Shown here: positions 33,252-46,902 of the stretch, in pieces | Layout: every line of letters starts with the position of its first letter | Numbering within the stretch: position 1 is the stretch's first letter | NCBI GenBank assembly: GCA_022813965.1 | Contig: JALDZS010000028.1 | Location: forward strand, 124,001 to 178,160 | Direction: 5' to 3' | Source of the DNA: Toensbergia leucococca | Lineage: Eukaryota | Length of the DNA stretch: 54,160 nt | Position numbers and translations under genes: made by a program | Notes under the pieces: model-generated | What the model was told of the DNA's origin: nothing | Databases searched by the model: none | Seen by the model: the letters and a program-made list of their open reading frames with translations, nothing else

Positions 33252-34601
33252 TATGATCGAGCTTTCAAGATGCCAAGATAGTATCGAACGAATGTCACTT
33301 TGGATGGCGCCAGAACGAAGGAAATTCCTCCAGACACAGAGCGGGGGGAACTGGTGCAAGAGGTGGCGGGAGGTTTTGATTGATAGCGTACGACGGGAAA
33401 AGTTGATGTGGACAATTCTAGTAACGTATTGGACTTTTCGCTAAGCCAAATGAGGGCTTTTAGGGTTACAAGGAAAGATGATGACAAAGTCGATGATACC
33501 TTCGTAGTATGTATTAGAAAATATGCAAGGAGTGCTGTATCGTCTGGGGCACTCGATACGCTTATCCTTCATTTGTCTTTATTATCTCCTCATTACCAGG
33601 TGCACACTGGATTGCGCAATAGAGACCTTATTCTAAGTTCCGCTTGTCTTGCTTACAAAAGGAACACATTCACGCCATCTTTTCAATAAGAGCTGTTCGA
33701 TGATAGTATCAATGAGCAATGGAAAGCCGCTTCTGTATTATCAACAATTTAGGAAGCGAAAATCAAAGGAAATTGAGAATTCTCCAGTACGCAGGAGCTC
33801 TGGTTTAGTATCCTCAAGGCAGCCCTTAGGGAAGTGTACATTTCTCGAGCCGGAATCGGTAGCTTAAATAGAATGTACTTGCCTAGAAACACGCCGGGGA
33901 GTTCTCAATCATCTTCCAGTTCTCCTAGCATGGATTTTAATGCTTAACAAATACCTGTCTTTAGGATCAAACATATTTTCTCTAGAATAAGACTTGTTTT
34001 CTTCAAATAGGGGTGTTAATGTATCATCAGACATCAGTGTATCTGTAGTGCACTTCCAGGTAAACATAAGTGTGCCAAGCACCTCCACGGCAGAGCCCGT
34101 GGGAAGTCGACGAGGAGAACATAACAAAGAGTTCAAGCATATGAGATTAGTCCGTGCTTACGAGCTGTGTGCTGCCAGATCGTAAAAAGGGAAAACGTGT
34201 GTCGGTAGACAGCAGACAGGGGACTCGACAGCAGCGGCCGAGGGGCGCAGTCAGCTGAGTTGGTGGTACCAAATTTGGGGTTTCACGCTAGCAGAATTTC
34301 TATAATTCTATTTCAACGTTACGGCTTACCACCAGCGCTCCCATGCATCAAAACCATCATAGCCTTCCTCTACTGTGCCGTGAAGGAGCCTTTGCGTAGA
34401 AGTACTCAATGATCTCTGCCGACAATGAAGATCCAACCCTCCCCAACAATTTGCTCTGCTGTTTTTCTGTATCTCACTCTGTTGAAGGCTTGAAGCCCAA
34501 GCATTGTCGTCTTCCTTCACTGCCTTTTGCATTGTCCCAGCTCGACATCGAATTCACTACTACCATTATCCTTTTGACTTTGTTGCCATTCATTCATCTC
34601 C

Positions 34602-35445
34602 ATGGCGTTGATGTTTCCCCCGCTTCCGCTATTCATGATTCCAGTCGGCTATCACACACCTCTTGACGATGGATCTTATGATATCGGCTCTCATTCAGGC
34701 ATCTTTCATGCTTCAGAGGATAGTCTTCTGAAGAAGTTCCGGTGGAGAGAACAACGTTCAGGCCCGTCATCACTGGCCTCACTGTCCACGCTGCCGACAT
34801 CTACATTAGATCCTCTCCCGCCTGTGCTCCCGGGATGGTTGTGGATATTAGCCGCAGTATTGAACGTGTTCAATGCATTGTCCTGCCCCACTATCGTTGG
34901 CCTTGCTTTCCATTCTTTATCCGAATATTCCACTACCCGAAACGTATACCTCAATGGTACTGACATTTCGTGGCCGAAAGACGTTAATCTCCAGCCTATC
35001 CACTTCATCCTTGCCATTGCCATTGTGACTCTTCTCACTTCTTTTGTAGCTCTTATTGAGATGGTTCGCTGCTTGCGTTCCCATTCTTTGTCATTTATCG
35101 ACACAATTATCTCGGCAGTGAGCGTAATACTATTCGCCCTTTGGGTTGCAGGAGATGTTCTTCAGAGCCAATCCTCGAAGGCTGACGGGCCCGATATATT
35201 GCAGTGGGCCTGTCGTATGCGGAGCAGCCCGGAAAACATGATCATTAGCTATGACCACGTATGTGACGAACAGGTAAATACTTCTACCACCTGCCGTATC
35301 CATCAGATTTAATGTCTTGCAGGTTGCTGTCAAGTGCCTTGGCATTCTAGTAACCGTAGGACATTTCTTACTTGTTCTGCGTTTCCTAAGCACTTGGTAT
35401 TTGACCAGGGCAAACCGGAGATCAGCGTCGATGTCTGCAGACTGA
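34602..35445 (+). CDS. Four-TM membrane protein (MARVEL-like), hypothetical
   Basis: Exons 34602-35273 and 35323-35445 join in frame; hydrophobic helices; SWP..VNL.P and DILQWAC...VCDEQ motifs. Confidence 0.7.
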
Positions 35446-35975
35446 GTTACTGGAGATGAAGGAGCTTTGAGGTATATGGTTCATACCTAGGAGTCTTTTT
35501 GATTATTTTTTGTTGTTTAGCTGAACAAGCTCCCCATGGCGTGCATACTCCTAAATTGTATCAACACATACCACAACGATGCTTTATGTCCCTGAGTTGT
35601 TTTCCTCATTAAGATTTTGGCTATGCCTCGCATGACCACTCAATACATCCACATGAGTCCAAGTCTTGTTTCTTCCAGCTCTTTCTAATATCTGTTTCTT
35701 GAAGAAGCCGGTTAACGACGTCTATTGCTTGGACTGACCCCCAATAATCTACCAAATATCACTTCCATCGTCATTGGATCTTAACACTCCTCTTGAGGAT
35801 GAATGCGATGATATGGTAGCGACAAGGTAATGGAGCGAGCGTCCGTGAGACTTGGGTGGACTGAAAGCGTGGCAGCTGAACGAACAACAGAACTTTTGCA
35901 TTGAAAAGCACATTCAGAAATCACAATAACGTACATCAACACAAAGATTCTCACGCTAACGCAATCCGCTTACAG

Positions 35976-37228
35976 TGTCTTAGAAGCTAAAGACGCGTTC
36001 GTCAGAGTATCTCATGAGCCCATACTTCGCGTTCCAGGTTTCCACAAGCATGTCAATGAAATCCTATCTTACAGCCAACCCAGTAACCGCTTGATCATCA
36101 GAATGGCGGAAAGCGACTGCGCATCATTGAATGTTGTTGATTTGCGGTTACGAGGGATTTTGAACGACTACCGCAATATTGAAGTCCTCCACCCTACCGT
36201 GTCAAAGCTATTCAGTTCTCCTGAACTCAGGGAGTTGTTCTTCAATAGCCTTAATCAAGACTTAAGCATTGTTTCGGCACGATCGCAAAACCTCGCCGAT
36301 CATGAAATCAGTCTATTTCAAAAAGCCTTTGCTATCCTAATGAGGAATGAAGACAACCATGTTCCGGGGATAGAGCTCTACGTAGATGAATTGCTTGGTC
36401 TTAACCTCGTGGATGAGAGCCAGAAAGAGGAGACACTAAGGACAGCCGTCAAGGCCAGGGATGCTGTACAACAGAGTATGCATCAAATCAGGAAAAGCTC
36501 TTTGCACGACCTACGGCTGCTAACCAAGTATCTTTGCGGCAGTCACGAGCTCACCCTCGAAGCGATACACTGAGGAGGTTGAGACCAGTTTCTCCAATCC
36601 TAGCCACCATGACGAAGATAAGCTCTCCAGATTGTGGAGGCTTTACCTAAGCGCGAAAGACGAGTTCATCTCTATGTCCGATACAACTACAGCCGCACGC
36701 ACTGAGTCGGCAACTTTCCTTAGAGATACGATTGAAAATTGCCAGAGTTATATCACGAATCAGCAGCTCCACGATAGGGGGCAGATGCACCCGGACCGTG
36801 GATTCATGGTAGATGATCATGAGGAAAAGTCGAAGGAGTTGCGTACCATGCTGGTAGTGGCAGCAGATGCCGCTCAAAAGCTGAAAGGAGGCAAGAGACC
36901 TTTCGAAGGGGAGACTCAAAGCGGCCGTCCGTTGCCCAGACGTATCCGGCCAGCAGCCTCAATCAGTGTGCTTCGTCCACGTGAGCGACTGCCTAGTTAT
37001 GAAGGTAACCGTCCTTATCACGACCGTGGCGAAAGCCAATGTGAGCGCTACGATCCGGCTTTGGCTTCTAGAAGACGGTCAATATCACCAAGGCGCTACC
37101 GCGAAGGAGCTTTCGATAGAAGATCTTATCGTGGTCCCAGATCCAGAGAAGCGAATGTCAGACCTTCTGGCTACGTGGATAGCTTCAGACGTGGAACTCA
37201 ATGGAGCAGTGATACGTATCGGCCCTAA
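35976..37228 (+). CDS. Hypothetical protein with Arg-rich C-terminus (5' start uncertain)
   Basis: ORFs 36091-36573 and 36632-37228 join in frame via intron 36476-36542 (GTATGC..GCTAAC..CAG). The frame is open from ~35976, with a probable short upstream exon near 35813-35826. Motif YLSAKDEF..ATFLRDTIENC..GGKRPFE. Confidence 0.65.
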
Positions 37229-37691
37229 TCTAGGACAGTTTCATTCGGCTGGCTCACTAGCTACTCTGATACTCAGAATTTCGTTGAAGGGAGATATTCC
37301 AGTGGAGGGTATCTGGTCTACATTGATCAGGGCTTGGGCGTTGATGAGGCCCAGGACATGTGGTGTTTGGTGGGCACTCGGATGGATAGTGTTAGCTTAA
37401 TGTATTGCTGTGTAGCTAAAGAAAGTAGCTGGAGAACGTAGTAGCTGTAGCTAGATGAAGCAGAAAAAGGAGTATTGATGTACAAGCCCAAATTACACCA
37501 AAAATAGACATGATCGTCCTCTATCGAGGAACAGACACATTTCGGTATTTGTCCTCGATCATAATCACAAATAGAAAAAAATGTCCATGGCGTCGCGAAA
37601 TGGCTTCAACTCCACACAATAGTCGTGTTATTTGAATACATTCAATGTTGATCAACGACAAGTGCCTCTTCCTCAATCCCAAACTTCAACT

Positions 37692-39932
37692 ATGCTTCAC
37701 GAACTCCTGCTAGCTTTATCGGGTCATCATTCTACATTGTTATCTCACAAGACAGGCATAGAACATGTCCTGTCCCCAGCAGAAACAAGCCTATTGGCAT
37801 CTCTTGCGCATTTGGGGGATTTGCATTCTGGCATCCGATCTCGTGCGGCCGCCATTTCTTCGTCTCATCCATCCACAATCTGTCGAGCTGTGTCACTTGC
37901 AATTATATCAACTCATCTTGAAAATTTTCAACAGAAAATCATTGAAGTAGAAAGCAGCATCCTGCAACATGATTCTCCCGTCGCTGGAACGTACAACACT
38001 GTGCCTCTGTCAGGCCTTGTCACTGAATTCGACGGTTGGAGCCGCCGACTGGAGTGGCTATGGCATGTCATACAATTCATCCAGCATGACAAAACGCTCA
38101 AGACATGCTGCACAGGAAGCCAAATCATCGGAAAGTTACGGGAGGAGGCCCAAACTGGATATCCTGATATCGAAGACATGTCCTTAGGCTTGATCAAAGT
38201 TGCCGAGACGGCCTGGCTGAGACAACTGTCGGCCTGGATCCTGTTCGGCAAGATACCTACCCTCGGAGCCGTTGATTTTTTTATTACCCATGACCAAGCA
38301 CTAGATACTGATACATCATCCGAAGTCACCACGTCAAGGTATGCCATTGAGAGCAGTCTGCTTCCCAAATTCGTCTCTCCATCTACCGCTGATTCCGTCC
38401 TTTTCATTGGAAAGTCTCTAAACCACATAAGAGAGAGGCGATCCAAGGCACTGAATATCTCCTTCAAATCATCGTCTCCTCCCGAGATATCTCTCCTTTC
38501 CGGCCACCATACCCATCTCTCATCTTTGGTCTCACCTATCAGCTCGTCGGCTCTATCGGAGGTGATCAAAGCAATCCGCCTTTCCCTATCTAAGAATGCC
38601 TTGCAACAGCTGCTCCCTTCAACCAAGGTTCTAGGAATTCTCCGCATCCTCAAAGATTTTTTCCTTCTGGAATATGGCGACTTTGCCGTCGCCCTCATCT
38701 CAGGAGCCGATGAACACCTCATGTCAAGGCATCGTCCAAATACCACAAAATTCATGCAAAAGAACCTCGAGAAGTTAGGCAGTGTACCAATCAAGGAAGG
38801 CGAAGTATCGGCTGTCCTCGCTCACACTTGGACCACGTTAGCATCACTAGAAGATATCGATGATCATGATGAGGATGGCGGATTCGACCTTGCTCGGGTT
38901 CTTGTCCAACTTTCAATCAAGGCACTTGTTCCAAAACCCATGTCTCCAAGAGTCTTGCAAAGCAAGATACAAATCTCCGAGGTCGCTTTTGATGATCTCT
39001 TATTCCCAACGCCCACTTCACTTACTCTCCGTGTGCCGTCTCCTCTCGACCTATTTTTGACGTCTTCGGATGTCAAAATTTACTCTCATCTCCATGCATA
39101 CCTCCTGTCCATTCGAAGAGGGCACCTCCACCTAAGCGAATTGTGGAAATTGACCGTATTACGGCGAGAGCAGCCAGTATCCAAGGAATCGTCACACAAA
39201 AGTCATCGAGACAAATTAGAGGCTTTAGCTCGAACAAGACGACGCTCAAACAGACGTGGAAATACCATGCGACCAATTTGGGCCACACTTCGATTGGCTT
39301 CTTTCCTCTTGACCGAGCTTGGAGAGTACTTCCAAGGTGAAATAATCAAGAGCTCGTGGACCCAGCTCTTCTCTTGGCTCGGGCACCAAGTGTCGGAGCC
39401 TGAATCTTCGGCTGGACAGGATCACGATAGAGATACATCGACATTGCACCTCCGAGGGAGCGCTGAAGTCACGTCCCAATCCCTGCCGATGCAAAGTCCT
39501 CATGATCCAGAACAAATTACATTAGCTCATAGAAGCTATCTTAACTCCCTTGTGCACTCGCTCCTACTCGGTGATCTTTATTTTCCTAAGATTCTTCGGG
39601 GTTTTTTGAGCAAGATCGACCACCTTGTCGCGTTGATGCATCGCTTGAATACCATTCAGCAGAATCTGGATCTTGAAGTCATCGATGCCTTCACCAATTA
39701 CGCAGTGGAGCATCAGGAGCTCTTGGACGAGTTGAAGGAGTTCCATTCCCAGGTCGACAGCAACGTGGAGGATGTAATACAAAGGCTAAAGGAGATCGAT
39801 ATCTTACGCGTTGGAGAGAGCAGGCACAATCCGACTTCACTAACGGGGCACGATGATTTTATTCCCTGGGTGGGTACCGGTGTAGACCAGCTTCTCATCA
39901 AGCTTGATTTTGCATCTCAGACCTCAAGGTGA
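37692..39932 (+). CDS. GCP4: Gamma-tubulin complex component GCP4 (Spc97/Spc98 family)
   Basis: MLHELLLALSGH start, TGYPDIE, AWLRQLSAWILFG, SVLFIGKSLNH, FFLL..GDFA and PLDLFL...YS..H.YLLSIRR GRIP motifs. Confidence 0.88.
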   Translation: MLHELLLALSGHHSTLLSHKTGIEHVLSPAETSLLASLAHLGDLHSGIRSRAAAISSSHPSTICRAVSLAIISTHLENFQQKIIEVESSILQHDSPVAGTYNTVPLSGLVTEFDGWSRRLEWLWHVIQFIQHDKTLKTCCTGSQIIGKLREEAQTGYPDIEDMSLGLIKVAETAWLRQLSAWILFGKIPTLGAVDFFITHDQALDTDTSSEVTTSRYAIESSLLPKFVSPSTADSVLFIGKSLNHIRERRSKALNISFKSSSPPEISLLSGHHTHLSSLVSPISSSALSEVIKAIRLSLSKNALQQLLPSTKVLGILRILKDFFLLEYGDFAVALISGADEHLMSRHRPNTTKFMQKNLEKLGSVPIKEGEVSAVLAHTWTTLASLEDIDDHDEDGGFDLARVLVQLSIKALVPKPMSPRVLQSKIQISEVAFDDLLFPTPTSLTLRVPSPLDLFLTSSDVKIYSHLHAYLLSIRRGHLHLSELWKLTVLRREQPVSKESSHKSHRDKLEALARTRRRSNRRGNTMRPIWATLRLASFLLTELGEYFQGEIIKSSWTQLFSWLGHQVSEPESSAGQDHDRDTSTLHLRGSAEVTSQSLPMQSPHDPEQITLAHRSYLNSLVHSLLLGDLYFPKILRGFLSKIDHLVALMHRLNTIQQNLDLEVIDAFTNYAVEHQELLDELKEFHSQVDSNVEDVIQRLKEIDILRVGESRHNPTSLTGHDDFIPWVGTGVDQLLIKLDFASQTSR

Positions 39933-40189
39933 TGTGTGATTTGGTAGCTATTTTGGTTCGATGAGTATGCGACCCATAGACCTCATACTTAATTGAGGAG
40001 TGGTCTATTGATGACTGATGATACACTGAAGACGAAGGTTGATTGCATGACTTGTTATTACTATGAAGGAGTATATTAGTTATCTATGTAACAACGCCAG
40101 CCTATGAGTATGCTCCATGTAAATGCAAGCAGAATGAACTCCACCACATGCGTACCAATTCTATACCTCTGCACTTCTTCAGATTCTAC

Positions 40190-41252
40190 TCAGAAGAGAT
40201 TATTCTCAGGCGCAATGCCCACTTCTTCACTAACCCTTCTCACCACTCCTCTCAAAGCTGTACATGCAGGACTGTCCGGAAAGTTGTCGAAGAAGCTTTC
40301 CCCGTAGTCACAAGCCATACCAATGCGTGGATCTAAGGGCACTGCTCCCAAGAACGGGATTCGTGTCTCCTTTGCGAGCTTTCTTGCCCCACCCGTAGTG
40401 GCTTTGAAGATTTGCGATTTATGTGTACAGTTTGGGCAGACGAATCCAGACATGTTTTCCACGATGCCCAGTATCCGGATACCGGCTTTTCGGCAGAAAT
40501 CAATCTCTTTTCTCACGTCTAACAGACTGACCTCCTGTGGCGTTGTTACTAACACGGCACCATCGACGCCGGACTCTTTGAGATATGAATTGACACTCAG
40601 GTGCTCATCACTAGTCCCTGGGGGCGTATCCACGATCAAGTAGTCTAAATCTCCCCATTCCACGTCCTTGAGGAATTGTTTGATCAACCCATTCTTCTTC
40701 GGGCCTCGCCATATCACAGCATCGTCCCTGTTTGGTAGCATGAACTGCACACTCATCACACCTAAGTTATCCGCCACCCACACAGGACTCCAACCTGCAT
40801 TGCTAACATGTATGGTCTCAGACTCCACGCCCATCATCTTGGGTATACTCGGCCCACAGATATCCGTGTCCATGATGCCCACCATGCTGGTAGGGTTGGC
40901 GGCAAAGGCGTGAGCGAGCATGGTGGTGAAGGTAGATTTACCGACACCGCCCTTACCGCTGAGGACGAGAATCTTGTGCCTTATGCCGGAGAGACGGGCG
41001 GTGATGAAGGGTATGTCAGGGTCAGGGCCTTTGGGAGCTGTGGCGCAGATGGACTGGTTTGGGCAGCCAGCGCAAGCATCGCCTTTGCCAGCAAGATTGG
41101 ATTCAGGGCCGGGACAGTGCTCTGAGAAGATTAGTTCGAAGGCTTGGATTGTTCGGGGAAATCATACCAGGCTCTGGGGCAACGAGCTTGGGGGCGGCCT
41201 TTAGCGGTGCATCCAGCTCGACTTGGATAGGTTCTTCGAGTGAAGGTACCAT
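40190..41252 (-). CDS. NBP35: Cytosolic Fe-S cluster assembly factor Nbp35
   Basis: Intron 41167-41122. N-terminal [61 protein letters not shown]. Confidence 0.97.
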
Positions 41253-41911
41253 GGTGTTCCCTGATGCAGATGGCTCGGATTCGGTGGAGGTAGATAGCAG
41301 TGTAGAGAGTCATCAAGAGGCATGACGACGTGACGCTAAGGAAGTAGCTTAGGGCTTGCCCTGTAAGGAAGAATGTTTCCATAGAAAAAGGCTTGGCGGG
41401 CTTGGCGAGGGAGAGTAAACAAAAAAGACAAAAAAGACTTGGCTCGGAATGGAATCATGTTCTGCTTCGATGCATCTGCTCTCGTGACTGTTGCCTACCT
41501 ACTTGAGAGATCGTGATCAGAATCTAGCCCTGCATAATTTCCTAGTGGACATAATTCAGGAAGGTGCAAGCAGTCATGTTCATTGGAATAATAATTATCC
41601 AATAGAATACAAAACGCCCCACACTCCCCACCAATCTACTAAGCGTTTCTTGAAAACATCACAACACCGACGTCACAGAGAACGGCCTATTTCAACACTT
41701 TTGATGCCAATGGCTCAACCCGTGCATCACAACCGTCAACTTGGGACTCGCTGTCATTTGCAATTGGATGCCCTCGTTGTCACTTTGGGGCCAGGAAAGT
41801 CGAGGCCTGATCGCCGGGACCACTGGCTTTGGCCTAAGAATCAGGGCGGACCTTGATATATAGCGGTAGATTACTTTGACCAAAATACAACAGTCTCTCC
41901 CGATCTCAACG

Positions 41912-44900
41912 ATGGGAAATAGCTATCCAGGTGAAGTTATGACGGCCAATAGTACCCGCGAAAGAAAATCCTCTCACGGAGATTTAGCTGTTAAGGAGAA
42001 GAAACTCAAATCCGAAGATTATCACGATGAGGATAACAAGAAATACAAAAAAACATACGGCAGGACGCCGAGTGGCACTGGTATGTGATCATGGCTTGCT
42101 GCTTCTTGCAGGGTCCGCAAACTTCATTGCCTTGTTTTGAAAACCCACCAACGAAGTTGAACCATTCCTTCAAGTTTCTGCGAGATGATCGATTGCTAAT
42201 GCCATCAAATATAGTCTTCATTGTACCGCAGACCCACGATATGGTCTCTCAACTTCTTTCCCCCAGCCAGCCCAAGAATATCTCAGACATTCTGGTGCTA
42301 GCCGTTTTGGCCCTTCACATATTTACTCTTTACATGCTCCCATCATTCCTCCGTATCCCTATATTTGCCGTCATCTTCCTTTTCTGGCGAAGCAGCTATA
42401 ACGTAGGCATTGGATACCTTCTACATATTCAATCACATCATCGGAGACTAGTCAAGTGGGCAAAGAAGTCCAAGGTCTTCGTGAACCCGAAGACTGGAGA
42501 TAATCCGCATCCAGTTCTGTACAACACTATAAAGCGAGAGATGGAGACCAAGATACCGCACGACTATAAATTTGAGGATGCACCTCTCGAATATAACACA
42601 TGGCTCGTCTTCAGAAGGCTTGTGGACTTGATTCTGATGTGTGATTTCGTATCTTACTGCCTTTTCGCCATCGCTTGCGGTAGCAGACCTCCTAATGAGG
42701 GCGTTCCGCTTACTATGGCGAGATGGATCACAGCATGGGGTCTTGTAGGCTTCAATCTATGGGTCAAGCTTGACGCTCATCGGGTTGTCAAAGATTATGC
42801 ATGGTATTGGGGTGACTTTTTCTACCTCATCGATCAGGAGTTGACTTTTGATGGTGTCTTTGAGATGGCTCCTCATCCTATGTACTCTGTAGGTTATGCG
42901 GGTTACTATGGAATTTCTTTGATGGCTGCGAGCTATAATGTTCTATTCATATCCATCGCTGCTCACGCCGCCCAATTTGCATTTTTAGTCTGGGTTGAGA
43001 ATCCCCATATCGAAAAAACGTACAATTCTCCACCCACACGGAGGCAGGTCATAGATTCTGACGCGGATCAAGAGGAAGATAATACTTTTCATGCAGGGAA
43101 CCTTGACTGTGCACCACCACTGTCATCGTTATTGCAACCATCACCAGTCCACAATCTGGTAGGCCTCCACAACATTGATCTTCACAGGGTCACAGACACT
43201 TCAGTCATCTTGTTACAAATCTATCTTTTCGGTCTCATGGCGTTGACGCCCTCGACCCGGTTCTATCAAACACTTTTTGTCCTCAACGCTGCGATATGGC
43301 GGATATGGTATTCTATGGGCATCGGTTATATACTCAACCGCCAGTCCATCAAAAAGAAGTGGACACGTCACTTTCTAAAGTATGGCGAAAGCACCGAGGA
43401 AGCGTGGCGTCAATGGAAAGGGACGTATCACCTTAGTATGACCATGTGTTACGCAAGCTTCATCGCTGCAACATGGAAGATGTACTCCTTCCCGGCCGAT
43501 TGGGGCTACGGATTGGTGCTCTTGAAACACGTGATCGGCACAACTTTGATATTTTTGCAGGTCTGGACTGCAGTCAGCGTCTACGACTCCTTAGGCGAAT
43601 TCGGCTGGTTTTTTGGAGACTTCTTCTTTGATCAAGATCCCAAGCTTACGTACAGCGGCATCTATCGATTCTTGAACAATCCCGAGCGTGTCATTGGGGC
43701 GGCTGGCGTTTGGGGTGCAGTCCTGATTACTCGAAGCAGCGCCATCTTTTGTCTTGCGTTGCTAAGCCATGTACTCACTCTAACGTTTATCCAGTTTGTG
43801 GAACGGCCGCATATGCAGAAATTGTATGGCGAAAGCTTGAGAAGAGAGTCTGGGTTGGTTAAGAGCCTGAAGCGATCACTACCCCCACCGTTGCGTCAAT
43901 GGCATGGCAGTGTCGATAGGATGGTCACAGAGACCCTCGATTTTGTTGAGGATCTTGTGGATGCTGCGCGGCCAAAGTTTGCCGCTGGTATGAGCACCTT
44001 TGTCAAAGACTCAACGGCACTCTTCAAACATCCCACACGCATCAGCATTACGAGACTTGCGCCAGACCTTGCAGGCTATGATCCCAAAGACTACTCCCTC
44101 ACCATCGAGGGTATCCCTCCGTCTACACTTGCATTGTCCGAGAGAACAAGTGGGAAGGAGGGACAAACTGGCCGAACACCTGCCGAGCGGAGATCCGAAT
44201 TCAGGACATTGATGTTTGAATATGGTGCCCCAGTCAAGGTCCGATGGACGGCGCCTTTGAATCACTGCAAGAAGGATTGGATAGGTCTTTATATGGTCAC
44301 GGATAATAATTCTCGAGAAGTGACTGGGGTTGCTTCCCAAGGTAGGTGGGTAGCGACCATCAAAGACCAGTATGATTCATCGACTTCAGATCGTGGTATT
44401 CTCATTAGCGATAATCGCATCTCAGGAGCAGACCGTAAAGACGGAACTTTGAAAGACTACATGTCAGGGGAAATGGAATTTTTTGGTGACAAGCTCTGGT
44501 GGACGACGGGGGTATTTGAATTTCGCTATCACCATAACGGGAAACACAATGTTATGGCCATCTCCCTTCCATTCGAAGTTCGAATCGGGAGATTTGACGC
44601 AGAAGACGTCGAAGTAGACGAGAACGGATTGATACGAGGAGCGGTGGAAAATGCTTTGTTTCCTCTGGTTAAGAATTGCTTTGATCGGGATCCAGATATC
44701 GCGCCCAATACTGTGGACGAGCCTTTTGGAAGTTTGGGAGATAGAGACGAAAAGTTTGCTAAAAGGGTGGTTTTTGCGGTGCATCAGATGTGAGTTTACG
44801 TGTAATGTCATTGTCTCGCAATCGAATGCAGTGCTGACGATTGATAGGTTCGGGTTAGAATTTGCACCAGAAGTGGTGCAGGCGGACGGGAATGTCAGGA

Positions 44901-45059
44901 ACCTGGCATGGAGGATTTGCAATGCCAAAAAAGTATTGGTAGGTAGATCAAATTGAGAATGCTTCTATGATTGTATTCGAAGCTGACCAGATTGTGACGA
45001 AGGCACCGTATAGCATGTCGTCTTCAAAAGGCAAGACCACACCAACACAATGGGGATAA
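41912..45059 (+). CDS. CHO2: Phosphatidylethanolamine N-methyltransferase Cho2/Pem1
   Basis: Exons 41912-42080, 42215-44789, 44848-44938 and 45003-45059. KTYGRTP.GTVF.VPQTHDM, two PEMT domains ([21 protein letters not shown]), [14 protein letters not shown]. Confidence 0.96.
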
Positions 45060-45552
45060 TGGTCTTAGCTGCTAATACACTTCGTCGATCACGGTGTCCT
45101 TTGTTTCTTCATCAATGAGTATGTCATACGACATGGAAATAGCCCACATTCAAAAGTGGACCTTTGGTATAAAATTCTCTTAGTGCATAAAACATTCCAG
45201 CAACAACCCCGTCCAAGCTTGTATCAACATGTAGCAATTATTACTCTTCACATAAGCCATCAGATCTTTACTACTAAAAGTGATCTGCACGAAATGCTTT
45301 GTTACTGTCACTCGTAGAATGCAAAATGAATTAGGATTAGGGCTTTGGCAGGAGCTTGGCCTGTATAATCTTGAAATCAACTGTTGACTCACTCTTCAAA
45401 TATAACCACATCAATTCCCATATATTAACCGGCAGCGCTTCCCGCCCACTTTTCTACTCTTAGCACTGGCTCTATTCGTTCTATTACCGCTACCGCGTCT
45501 GCTTCTTAAGCGTCCTTTTCTACGCCCTTTCAGCCCATATCCAGTCTCCACC

Positions 45553-46902
45553 ATGTCCACCTCATCTTCCTCCACCGCCCTAATAGATCTCCTCAACCGT
45601 TCCTACCCATCCGTCGTCCCCTCGAAAGCCTCCGAAGCCGACGTCTCCCAGCTAAGCCACGCCATCTACCCTAACACAGCCTACACCGACAACGAAAAAA
45701 TCGAGACGAGTCAATGGCTCACCACCTCTTCCCGCCTGGCAACCCCAGGCGAGGATGAAGCCAAGCATTCCGAACGTCTCGGCTCCTTGAACATCCACCT
45801 TTCCACTCGCACAACTTTACTTGGCAGTAAGCCGTCGGTAGCGGATGTTGCTCTCTACTCTCGCCTTGCACCTGCCGTCAAGACGTGGACACCCGGGGAG
45901 AGGACGGGCGAGCATGGATATCATCACATCGTTCGATACATTGATTTCGTGCAGAACGCCCCTCTCTTTGGTCTATCTGTAGACGAAGGGGATAAAGTCA
46001 AAATTGATGTCGACGACGTCCAATTTGTGCATAAGCCTCTAGATCCCAAGGAGGAGAAAGAGCGCAAAAAGAAGGAGAAAACCGCAGCTGCAGCTGCCAC
46101 TACAACAGACGGAGGACCACAGAAACCCCTAGTCATTGGTCAAGGTAAAGGCCCAGATAGTGGGAAGAGCAGAAAAGCCAATCCACAAGACACTCCGGAA
46201 CCCTTAAAAGAGGACATCAAGGGTGTCCCCACACCTCAACAGCTCAAAAAAGAAAAGAAAGAAAAAGCCCCCAAACCCGCCAACCCCCCGGCGAAAGAAA
46301 CGCCCCTCTCCCCCTCCCTCATCGACCTCCGGGTCGGCCACATCCTCAGAGCAACTGCGCACCCAAACGCCGACTCCCTCTACGTCTCCACCATCGCCTG
46401 CGGCGACTCCGAAGGCACAGAAAATACCTCACTGCACAATGGTACCGTCGTCCGCACCGTCTGCTCCGGCCTCAACGGCCTGGTCCCTTTGGCCGAAATG
46501 CAGAACCGCAAAATTGTCGCTGTGTGCAATCTCAAGCCCGTGACGATGCGAGGCGTCAAATCCGCGGCGATGGTGCTGGCGGCGTCGCCGCGGCTGGCCG
46601 AGGGAGAAGAGGACCATCACAAGGGACCGGTGGAGCTGGTGAGTCCGCCTCCTGGGGCGGAGGCCGGGGAGAGGGTTTATTTTGAGGGGTGGGAGGGGGA
46701 GCCGGAGGGGGTGTTGAATCCGAAGAAGAAGGTTTGGGAGATGTTGCAGCCTGGGTTTACGACTACGGAGGAGAGGGAGGTGGGGTTTGATGCTGGGGGG
46801 GTGGCGCAGTTGGAGGGGGCAGGGGGGAATGGTGTTGGGAAATTGATGGTCAGGGGGACGGTGTGTACGGTGGCGACGTTGAAGGGGGCGACGGTGAGAT
46901 AG
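45553..46902 (+). CDS. ARC1: tRNA-aminoacylation cofactor Arc1
   Basis: N-terminal GST-like domain (PSVADVALY, RYIDFVQ), Lys-rich linker, and OB-fold tRNA-binding domain (IDLRVGHI, HPNADSLYVS, VCNLKPVTMRGVKSAAMVL). Confidence 0.95.
   Translation: MSTSSSSTALIDLLNRSYPSVVPSKASEADVSQLSHAIYPNTAYTDNEKIETSQWLTTSSRLATPGEDEAKHSERLGSLNIHLSTRTTLLGSKPSVADVALYSRLAPAVKTWTPGERTGEHGYHHIVRYIDFVQNAPLFGLSVDEGDKVKIDVDDVQFVHKPLDPKEEKERKKKEKTAAAAATTTDGGPQKPLVIGQGKGPDSGKSRKANPQDTPEPLKEDIKGVPTPQQLKKEKKEKAPKPANPPAKETPLSPSLIDLRVGHILRATAHPNADSLYVSTIACGDSEGTENTSLHNGTVVRTVCSGLNGLVPLAEMQNRKIVAVCNLKPVTMRGVKSAAMVLAASPRLAEGEEDHHKGPVELVSPPPGAEAGERVYFEGWEGEPEGVLNPKKKVWEMLQPGFTTTEEREVGFDAGGVAQLEGAGGNGVGKLMVRGTVCTVATLKGATVR

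Noticed and set aside
27663..35445. GFA + thioredoxin + GMC as a redox or secondary-metabolite cluster
   Set aside because: No backbone enzyme or regulator, and predicted localisations differ (cytosol, mitochondrion, secreted).
37928..38794. 288-aa antisense ORF
   Set aside because: Antisense shadow of GCP4 with no motifs.
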